Assembly: GCA_964585675.1 (NCBI GenBank)
Contig: CAZPEO010000001.1
Span: forward strand, 398 to 64,397
Origin: an uncultured Candidatus Saccharibacteria bacterium
Lineage (GTDB): Bacteria; Patescibacteriota; Saccharimonadia; Saccharimonadales; Saccharimonadaceae
Length of the DNA: 64,000 bases
Reading direction: 5' to 3'
Every line of letters starts with the position of its first letter. Within the stretch, counting starts at the first letter, position 1. Under the pieces are notes generated by a model. The model did not search any database and was not told where the DNA came from. It saw nothing but the letters and a program-made list of their open reading frames with translations. Shown here piece after piece: positions 56,601-64,000 of this stretch. The translations under genes and the position numbers were made by a program.

Positions 56601-57629
56601 ATGAATATTTCTCTTTTTACCGCTGACCTCAACGCAGTGTTCATGCTTAGCGTGGGAGCATTTTTGCTCTCCATGGCGTTGACGCCAGTGTATACGTATT
56701 TTGCTTATCGTCATCGGTTTTGGAAGCGACAGCGTAGCACGAGTACACTGGGCGAAAAGTTAGAAATATTTACTAAACTACATGCTAAAAAGTTTAATCG
56801 TTCGATCCCCACGATGGCAGGAATTGTGGGTATTGTGGCGATCACAGTTGTGACGTATTGCTTCAACTGGAGTCGTGCGGAGACCTGGCTGCCGCTCGCT
56901 GCGCTACTAGGCGGGGCAGTGGTGGGGCTGATTGATGATATTATTAACATCCGCGGGAGCGGGCTAGGGGTGGCTGGTATGCGCTCGAGCTTAAAATTTG
57001 TCATGGTCGTGGCGATGTCACTGATGCTCGGATGGTTTTTCTTTGTAAAACTTGGCTATACCAGCGTACACATTCCCTTTCTTGGTGACTGGCAGCTGGG
57101 GATGTGGATCGTGCCGCTATTTGTGCTCGCTGTTGTTTCGACGGGCAATGCTGTTAATATTAGCGACGGGCTCGATGGGTTGGCGGGTGGTTTGCTAGCG
57201 ATTAGTTATGCGACGTTTGGGATCATTGGTCTATTACAAGGACATTTGATGATCGCTGGTTTTTGCTTTACAGTGGTGGGCGCGCTGCTTAGCTATCTTT
57301 GGTTCAATATTTATCCGGCGCGATTTTTTATGGGCGATGTCGGGAGTTTTGCTTTTGGCACTAGTCTTGGGGTGATTGCAATGTTGACCAACACGCTATT
57401 TTTGCTCCCCATCATTGGGATTGTATTTGTGGCAGAAGCGGGCTCGAGCTTGGTCCAAATCGCCAGCAAACGTCTTTTTGGGCGAAAAGTATTCATCTCC
57501 GCGCCGGTCCATCACCACTTTGAAGCGATGGGGTGGCCAGAGGCAAAAGTAACGATGCGGTTTTGGGTAATCGCCTGTGTAGCTGGATTTATCGGATTGT
57601 TGTTGGCGCTGCGCGGAGGGCATATTTAG
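56601..57629 (+). CDS. mraY: Phospho-N-acetylmuramoyl-pentapeptide transferase
   Basis: PTMAG, GLIDD, NAVNISDGLDGLA, FMGDVGS, APVHHHFE. Confidence 0.96.
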   Translation: MNISLFTADLNAVFMLSVGAFLLSMALTPVYTYFAYRHRFWKRQRSTSTLGEKLEIFTKLHAKKFNRSIPTMAGIVGIVAITVVTYCFNWSRAETWLPLAALLGGAVVGLIDDIINIRGSGLGVAGMRSSLKFVMVVAMSLMLGWFFFVKLGYTSVHIPFLGDWQLGMWIVPLFVLAVVSTGNAVNISDGLDGLAGGLLAISYATFGIIGLLQGHLMIAGFCFTVVGALLSYLWFNIYPARFFMGDVGSFAFGTSLGVIAMLTNTLFLLPIIGIVFVAEAGSSLVQIASKRLFGRKVFISAPVHHHFEAMGWPEAKVTMRFWVIACVAGFIGLLLALRGGHI

Positions 57630-57630
57630 C

Positions 57631-58941
57631 GTGAAGCAGCCTGTGCGATTGGCCGAGCGTGGGTTGAGGAAGGGCAGTAGTAGCTCTTCCCAGCGTCGAC
57701 ACAGGCCTGATTATCAACTGGTGCTGTATGTCGGACTATTGATGCTGCTTGGGTTGGTGCTGATGTATGCAATTGGCCCGCAGCGTGCAAACGTACTCAA
57801 TGCAGTACACGGTACAGACTACTATACCGATACGTATTTTGTAGTGAAACAAACAGCGAGTTTGCTGCTTGCAGTCGGGGCGTTTGGGGCTATGGCGATG
57901 CTGCCATTCACGCTTATGAAGCAGTATGCTGAGAGGTTGGTGTGGATCGGATTGGGTCTCTGTGTGGTGCTATTTGTGCTTGGCAACATGCTCCAGGTAG
58001 AGCAGCTCGCGCAGTGCAGCCTCGGGGCGTGTCGGTGGTTCAAGCTAGGACCATTTGGCGGGTTTCAGCCAGCGGAATTTTTGAAATTTGCTATGGTGTT
58101 GTACCTCGCGCGATTTCTTAGTATTCGTGCCGGGCAGGGCATGCTGACAGACACGCACAAAACGATTATACCGGTTGTGGGTATATCGCTGATCGCGTTG
58201 TTTTTTGTGGTGATTTTGCAAAAAGATCTGGGCACAGGTTTGGCGTTGACAGCTATCATTCTTTCAATGCTGATAGTCAGCGGCCTTAGCTGGAAGTTGC
58301 TCGCAAAAATTATCGGCGGCGGGCTTGTACTTGGTGTATTGTCGGTGCTATTGTTTCCGCATCGGATGGAACGAGTGACGACGTTTTTTCAAGGAGACAA
58401 AGGGATAGCGGTCAATGCCGATGACAACAATTATCATATAAAAAATGCCAAAATTGCACTTGGCACAGGAGGATTTTTGGGCCTTGGAATCGGTAATAGC
58501 GTCCAAGCTACAGGTTACCTGCCTGAAGCGATCAACGACTCCGTGTTTGCGATTATAGGCGAGACATTTGGGTTTGTGGGCGCGTCAGTAGTGATGGTCG
58601 TGTTCACTGCGTTGCTACTGCGACTGCTGCGAATTAGCGAGCATTTGAGTGATATGTCGATGCGTCTGGCAGTAGCGGGGATATGGGGCTGGCTGGCGGC
58701 GCATGTCATACTGAACACCGCTTCGATGATAGGCGTGTTTCCATTGACGGGCATTACGCTGCCACTGCTGAGCTTTGGGGGGACAAGCATGGTGTTTATT
58801 GCTGGTGCATTGGGCTTGGCGTTTCAGCTCTCACGATATACTACCCATCAACTCATCACGGAAAGGGAGGCCAATGGTGCGTATTCTCGCAGCCGGCGGG
58901 GGATCGGGGGGGCACGTCTCTCCAGTCGTCGCCGTTATTAA
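57631..58941 (+). CDS. ftsW: SEDS protein FtsW
   Basis: FQPAEFLK, QKDLGT, YLPEAINDSVF, P.TGITLPLLSFGGTS. Confidence 0.92.
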   Translation: MKQPVRLAERGLRKGSSSSSQRRHRPDYQLVLYVGLLMLLGLVLMYAIGPQRANVLNAVHGTDYYTDTYFVVKQTASLLLAVGAFGAMAMLPFTLMKQYAERLVWIGLGLCVVLFVLGNMLQVEQLAQCSLGACRWFKLGPFGGFQPAEFLKFAMVLYLARFLSIRAGQGMLTDTHKTIIPVVGISLIALFFVVILQKDLGTGLALTAIILSMLIVSGLSWKLLAKIIGGGLVLGVLSVLLFPHRMERVTTFFQGDKGIAVNADDNNYHIKNAKIALGTGGFLGLGIGNSVQATGYLPEAINDSVFAIIGETFGFVGASVVMVVFTALLLRLLRISEHLSDMSMRLAVAGIWGWLAAHVILNTASMIGVFPLTGITLPLLSFGGTSMVFIAGALGLAFQLSRYTTHQLITEREANGAYSRSRRGIGGARLSSRRRY

Positions 58942-60046
58942 TGAACTCGTCAAGATAGAGGCTAAAACGACAGTGCTATTTGTCTGTGACAAATCATTTG
59001 AGGTGCAAGCTCGTGGACTGATCGAGAAGGGTAGCGTGGTGCCAGTAGAGGTGCAAACGATTACAGCTGGCAAGTTTCGCCGCTACTCACACCTGACACT
59101 GCTCCAGCATCTGACTATAGCGAGCGTGGTGTTTGGCAATATCCGCGATACATTTAAGATCGTGATAGGCTTTTTCCAGAGTATCGGGATAATACTACAG
59201 TTCAAGCCAGACGTGCTGTTCGCAAAAGGCGGGTTTGTCTGCCTGCCGCTCGGTATGGCTGCCAAAGTGCTCCGTGTGCCGATAGTGGTGCATGATTCTG
59301 ACACTCGTCCAGGTCTGACAAATAGTATCCTGGGGCGCTGGGCAGCAGCTATCGCAACAGGCTCGCCATTAGAGAATTATCGATACCCACTGGCGATTAG
59401 TCGGTATGTCGGTGTGCCAATCGCAGCGGAGTTCACACCCTACTCGCTCCAAGCGCAGCAGCAGGCGAAGGCGCATCTAGGCTTTGACCCAGCGCGTCCG
59501 CTTGTGGTAGTGACAGGAGGTGGGCTGGGGGCCGTTTCGATCAATGACGCGGTTGTTGTGTCTGCGAAGAAACTGCTCGCTGACGGCGTACAGCTGTATC
59601 ATGTGACGGGTCGTCAACATTATGACGATATCAAGACACTTGCTCCCCAGAGCGAAAGCTACAAATTCGTGCCTTTTATCTACGAAGGGATGGCTGGTGT
59701 ATTAGGTGCCGCTGATATTGTGATTTCCCGAGCGAGTGCAACGTTTGTCCAAGAACTCGCTGGCCTAAAGAAAGCGGCCATACTTGTTCCGTCTCGGGCG
59801 CTCAGCGACCAGCGTAAAAACGCTATCGTCTACAAGGAGGCTGAAGCGGCGATCGTGCTAAGTGATGATGAAATTGCGAAGTCTGGAGTCTTGTATACGT
59901 GCATCCATACACTACTGGCAGACCCAGAGCAGATGACTAGCCTAGCTGAGCGGCTGCATAGATATGCCCGGCCGCATGCAGCCAGAGACGTTGCGAGGAT
60001 GGTCATCGATACCGCTGAGATGAGGCAACAAAAAAAGCGTACATAA
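58874..60046 (+). CDS. murG: UDP-GlcNAc:lipid I GlcNAc transferase
   Basis: GGGSGGHVSP, KGGFVCLP, HDSD, TGGGLGA, ADIVISRA. Confidence 0.95.
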   Translation: MVRILAAGGGSGGHVSPVVAVINELVKIEAKTTVLFVCDKSFEVQARGLIEKGSVVPVEVQTITAGKFRRYSHLTLLQHLTIASVVFGNIRDTFKIVIGFFQSIGIILQFKPDVLFAKGGFVCLPLGMAAKVLRVPIVVHDSDTRPGLTNSILGRWAAAIATGSPLENYRYPLAISRYVGVPIAAEFTPYSLQAQQQAKAHLGFDPARPLVVVTGGGLGAVSINDAVVVSAKKLLADGVQLYHVTGRQHYDDIKTLAPQSESYKFVPFIYEGMAGVLGAADIVISRASATFVQELAGLKKAAILVPSRALSDQRKNAIVYKEAEAAIVLSDDEIAKSGVLYTCIHTLLADPEQMTSLAERLHRYARPHAARDVARMVIDTAEMRQQKKRT

Positions 60047-60082
60047 CCCAGCCGTCTTATCTGTTATAATACCACTAGCACT

Positions 60083-61045
60083 ATGAAACTGTTTGGGAAA
60101 AAAAAGACAACTTCTCCTCTGCGTCGGCACGCTTCGCGTCGTGCGGCTGCTCAAGAGCAGACGCGAGCGACACAGCAGGATCTCGAGCAGCGATATGCAT
60201 TTCGGCGCAATCGGACATTAACAGGCAGTTTGTCGTCAGAAGTCTCCAGTGCGAATATTGAACGTATGGAGCTACGTTCGCCACGGGTTCAGCGTCATGA
60301 CCTATTGGCTCATCGACGAAAGCTAGGGAGCGTGCTTTTGGTGGTCGCATTTTGCGTAGCAGGCAGTGGCTGGTTGCTGTATCAGTCGATAGCGACAGTG
60401 AAGATTGTTAGTAGCGCAGCGACGCGGCCTATTGACTCACCGCTATATCAGCAAAAGGTTGAATCGTACCTAAACAACAATCTCACCGAGCGACTGCGTG
60501 CTACGTTGTCACCGGAACGCCTATCGGAGTATTTGCAAAAAAACGGCGCCCCAGAAGTCAGTCGTGTCGCATCTCGTGTTGATTCGATAGGACTCGGCAC
60601 CTGTCAGATAGAGGTAATCATGCGTCGTCCAGTCGTGGTATGGCGCAGTGGAACTCGTACCTACTATGTCGATGAACAGGGGGCAGCATTTGAACGTAAT
60701 TATTACGCTGAGCCATCAGTCGAAATCGTTGATCAGAGCGGTATAGCTGCCACAACGAGCAATCAAGTATTAGCAAGCAACCGATTCCTGGGCTTTATCG
60801 GCAAAGTGATTGGCCGCATGAGAGCACAGGGCTATACAGTTACCACGGTAGTCTTGCCGGCCGGTACTTCTCGCCAGATACAAGTGTCGCTTGCTGAGGT
60901 GGGCTATCCTGTGACATTTAGTATAGATCGATCAGTAGGGGAGCAGAGCGAAGACGCGGCGCGGTCTATCACATACCTCGCGAGTAAAGCCATCACTCCA
61001 CAGTATATCGACGTCCGCGTTAGCGGCAAAGCCTATTATAAATAA
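60083..61045 (+). CDS. ftsQ: FtsQ/DivIB-like cell division protein
   Basis: Basic N-terminus, single TM, VDEQG, C-terminal YIDVRVSGKAYYK; follows murG. Confidence 0.7.
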   Translation: MKLFGKKKTTSPLRRHASRRAAAQEQTRATQQDLEQRYAFRRNRTLTGSLSSEVSSANIERMELRSPRVQRHDLLAHRRKLGSVLLVVAFCVAGSGWLLYQSIATVKIVSSAATRPIDSPLYQQKVESYLNNNLTERLRATLSPERLSEYLQKNGAPEVSRVASRVDSIGLGTCQIEVIMRRPVVVWRSGTRTYYVDEQGAAFERNYYAEPSVEIVDQSGIAATTSNQVLASNRFLGFIGKVIGRMRAQGYTVTTVVLPAGTSRQIQVSLAEVGYPVTFSIDRSVGEQSEDAARSITYLASKAITPQYIDVRVSGKAYYK

Positions 61046-61204
61046 CGTATCTTGTCGATGTTCTGGTTATTGGCGTACCTGCTTCTCGCTATGCTCGGTA
61101 TGCGTGACACGAACTTCACGCTCACGTCTCTTTACTACTACAGTATACAGCTATGCGTTGTGAAGAAATAATAAACGGATATCTTCGATAGGGCACTGAG
61201 ACAT

Positions 61205-61248
61205 TTTGTATAACAGAACTGTCCGGCCGGACAGTTCTGTTATACAAA
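61205..61248. repeat. Perfect 44-bp palindrome
   Basis: TTTGTATAACAGAACTGTCCGG|CCGGACAGTTCTGTTATACAAA. Confidence 0.95.
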
Positions 61249-61699
61249 GATGATAGAGTGAATAAGGAGAGAGTCGGGTAAGTGAGGGAGTCCAACAAAG
61301 GCGGGCAGGACTCTCCTTGCCGATCGAAGAATGTTCGGTTTTTGTTCTACTATGTAAAAATAAAAATAAATATACTATCAAACTAAAGTAGGGGAATTGC
61401 AAATAAATGAAAAAGAGGGGAAAAGAATAGGGGGTAATAATTTTCTAAAAAAGCAAATCATCGCCATGAGTCACGTGAAAAATCAAATCCGTGTGGAAAA
61501 CTACAACAGACACTTGCTGAGCCGCGAGAGACTGTTGCCGTAGTGCGAGAACGTTGTTTGTGCAAGCGATACGGTAGTAAAAGTTGAGCACACGACACTA
61601 CTATGTGCACACAAATAACAGATACTCCCCCTATAAGGGGTGTATTGACTTACTAGCACTCAGATAAGACGTATGCTAATTCGGCTTTGACGTATAATG

Positions 61700-61733
61700 T
61701 TAACGTCTTAAAAGATATATTGTGCGACGTTAA
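61700..61733. other. dif-like tyrosine recombinase site
   Basis: TTAACGTCTTAAAA-GATATA-TTGTGCGACGTTAA: imperfect arms around a 6-bp core, at the point where gene orientation converges. Confidence 0.45.
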
Positions 61734-62018
61734 ATCACTATGTAGATTTTGCTAAGCTAACATGTGCCTCATCGTCTATGTGTGACCCTGAGTCTGTATT
61801 CTCACTCACCCATACGCTCACCCGTTTTGCTCTACTGCCTATTATCAGCTCGCTACAGCTATTTTTATCGCACACCCGGGACCGTATGCATTTCGTTGGT
61901 TTCGTAGCCTCATATCAACTCGTACATGACATGAGGATGTTCTAATTTTGTTCTTTTATCTGTTTTGATATAGCTACATACCCAAGTTGAGGCAGAGAAG
62001 AGATGATACAATAAAGAT

Positions 62019-62073
62019 GGCCCGGAACGGGTTACCCTCCCCACCACGGGGTGGCGCCTTATCCGGGCTGCCA
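62019..62073 (+). ncRNA. Candidate small RNA with tRNA-like acceptor stem and 3' GCCA
   Basis: TGATACAAT extended -10 lies 6 nt upstream; GGCCCGGA/TCCGGGCT stem + GCCA. Confidence 0.4.
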
Positions 62074-62089
62074 AGTGTGGCGAATCGTG

Positions 62090-64000
62090 TTAACGATGGA
62101 GGTTGAGGACAGTAGGATCTGGGGATGGCTCAGATCGCCTAGGCTGTTGTGGCGTCGCTCGAGCTTGGTTTGTCGCTGAGTTTATACTTGTGTCAGTGGT
62201 ATCAGTTTTGCGTTTACGCGTGCGTGAACGCTTCTTTTTTGGCCGCGGAGAGGGGTCGTTTGCTTCGAGAGAGCCAGGACTCGGCATTGCGAGAGCTGGA
62301 CCACCAAGCGCTTGACTCCCCTGCTCTTTTGCGTTCAAGAGAGCAGAATTGACTTCATCAGGAGTGACATTGCTGATAGGCCAAATCTTGCCCTGCTCGT
62401 GTATTGTTCGCTCGCGCGCGAGTCGATCAGCCTCACGATCCTCGTCGCTCTTGGGGGGAGTATAGGCTGGCCCTGGACGCTTGACGGTCAAGTGTTCTGG
62501 CGGCAATATGCGCTCACTGATCTCACGCTCTATCTCCTCTCGTGGACGGCTGTAGCGTTCGCGCGTCATCTGAATGATGCGGCCGGTATTGTCGTTTTGG
62601 GGTGGAGGGAGGTTGAGAGTGCGAGCGCTAAATGCCGGTGCTTTTTCTCCGTTGATGACCATATTGATGATGAAATTTCGATTGTGCATCTGCAAGAGGT
62701 CGTTTGGCTCAAACTGGGGCTCAAATTGCTTGGAGAGGATGGGACTGTCATCTGCTGAGACGCGAAAGCTAATCATGGTACCAACGTTGCCAAACACAGC
62801 GTCGCGAACGGTGTCGCCCATCTGTGAGATGTACTGGTTTGCTACAGTGAGATTGAGGCCGTATTTGCGGGCTTCTGAGAGGATGGTTGCGAAACTATCG
62901 GTCGCAAAATTCTGAAACTCGTCGACGTAGAGGTAGAATGGGCGTCGGTCTTTGACATCGGGGATATCGCTGCGACTCATGGCAGCGAGCTGGATCTTAG
63001 TGACGATAAACGCACCGAGAATCGAAGCATTATCCTCACCGATGAGGCCTTTGCTGAGGTTGACAACGAGTATTTTTCCTTCATCCATCATCTCGCGGAT
63101 ATTGAATGTTGATTTTGGCTGGCCGATGATGTTGCGAATCACGGGGTTTGCGGTAAAGGCACCGACTTTGTTGAGCACAGGGGCGATCGCTTCGGCTTGA
63201 AATTTGTCGGTCCAACTAGCGAATTCGACGTTCCAAAACTGCAAGACGACCGTGTCTTGACAGTAGCTGAGGGTGTCTTTGCGGAATTTTTTGTCGGTGA
63301 GCATGCGCGTGATATCGAGCATTGTGGTCTCAGGACGGTCGAGCAGGGCCAAGATAGTATAGCGCAAGATGTATTCGAGACGAGGACCCCATGACTCGCC
63401 AAACATGCGCTTAAGCACCCCTATTACCTCTGAGCTGATATTCGTTTTTTGCTCAGGATTCGTGACCTCGAGCGGGTTGAAGCCCAGTGGAAAAAGAGTG
63501 TCGGCAGGGTTGAAATACACGACGTCTTGGAGTCGGCTGCCAGGGATGAAGCGCATGTTGTTGACCGCGAAGTCGCCGTGCGGGTCGATGACTGCATAGC
63601 CGTGACCATGGAAGATGTCACTCAGTGCGAACAGTTCGAGGAGCCCTGACTTACCGGCGCCAGTCTGGCCGATGATGTAGACGTGCCTGGAGCGGTCGTA
63701 GCGAAGCATGCCGAACTGGTGGTTAATGCCGCGGAAGTTAGTCATTCCAAAAGCAGAAATGTTTTCATCGATCGCGGGATTGCCGGTGATAAGTGGTAGT
63801 TTGGCGGGTGGCTCGGCAGTCTTGGTGCTAGCCCAAACGATATTCGGTGTCTCGACATTGGTATGCGGGAGATGGAACACGCTGGCGACTTCCTCGATGT
63901 TCATCAAGAAACCACGATCAGCAAAGAGCCGTGCTTTGTATTTGGCGAGCGATTCTTTGGCGAAGCTATCGTTTGCCATGCGGAAGCCGTTGAGATTGGT
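62090..64000 (-). CDS. TrwB/VirD4/HerA-like ATPase (T4SS coupling-like, CPR type), 5'-truncated
   Basis: RHVYIIGQTGAGKS, IDPHGD, LYVDEFQNF, SEARKYGL.L.VANQ; frame stays open to the window end (TNLNGFRM). Confidence 0.9.
   Translation of the reverse strand, partial: TNLNGFRMANDSFAKESLAKYKARLFADRGFLMNIEEVASVFHLPHTNVETPNIVWASTKTAEPPAKLPLITGNPAIDENISAFGMTNFRGINHQFGMLRYDRSRHVYIIGQTGAGKSGLLELFALSDIFHGHGYAVIDPHGDFAVNNMRFIPGSRLQDVVYFNPADTLFPLGFNPLEVTNPEQKTNISSEVIGVLKRMFGESWGPRLEYILRYTILALLDRPETTMLDITRMLTDKKFRKDTLSYCQDTVVLQFWNVEFASWTDKFQAEAIAPVLNKVGAFTANPVIRNIIGQPKSTFNIREMMDEGKILVVNLSKGLIGEDNASILGAFIVTKIQLAAMSRSDIPDVKDRRPFYLYVDEFQNFATDSFATILSEARKYGLNLTVANQYISQMGDTVRDAVFGNVGTMISFRVSADDSPILSKQFEPQFEPNDLLQMHNRNFIINMVINGEKAPAFSARTLNLPPPQNDNTGRIIQMTRERYSRPREEIEREISERILPPEHLTVKRPGPAYTPPKSDEDREADRLARERTIHEQGKIWPISNVTPDEVNSALLNAKEQGSQALGGPALAMPSPGSLEANDPSPRPKKKRSRTRKRKTDTTDTSINSATNQARATPQQPRRSEPSPDPTVLNLHR

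Noticed and set aside
61151-61402. 83-aa minus-strand ORF in the terminus-like gap
   Set aside because: Runs through the palindrome, with no recognisable motif or convincing RBS
62019-62073. tRNA-Sec or another canonical tRNA
   Set aside because: Only 55 nt, with no anticodon, D or TpsiC arms

Overview
A 64-kb chromosomal segment that looks like Saccharibacteria (TM7, CPR/Patescibacteria). The evidence is compact genes in the standard code, a DUF5663-like protein, a PaaX/Cas2-like regulator, an alpha2-type GlyRS, a TrwB/VirB4-like ATPase and a reduced dcw cluster. Most genes are on the + strand and housekeeping: proS 3' end, greA, lysS, serS, pyrD, hpf, secA, murD, murI, prfB, lemA, ftsEX plus a CHAP hydrolase, ctpA, rpmA, xseAB, recO, glyS, tyrA, rnhA, a PIF1 helicase, a GH1 enzyme, yvcK, and mraZ-rsmH-ftsL-ftsI-mraY-ftsW-murG-ftsQ. 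Accessory genes include surface proteins, an AbrB-Doc toxin-antitoxin pair and an orphan KwaB-like gene. I saw no rRNA, canonical tRNA, CRISPR array or transposase. The most unusual signals are non-coding: (1) a wHTH/Cas2-like gene enclosed by a perfect 26-bp inverted repeat; (2) a ~550-nt, highly base-paired RNA-like insert between mraZ and rsmH, plus a 21-codon sORF and a potentially pseudoknotted structure between rsmH and ftsL, with paired DnaA boxes upstream; (3) a ~1-kb gene-free convergence zone holding a perfect 44-bp palindrome, a dif-like site and a promoter-driven 55-nt tRNA-like or HDV-like RNA; (4) widespread leaderless promoter architecture, including a perfectly palindromic bidirectional murI/prfB promoter. 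All product calls are by motif recognition and all RNA folds are by eye; no searches were run.
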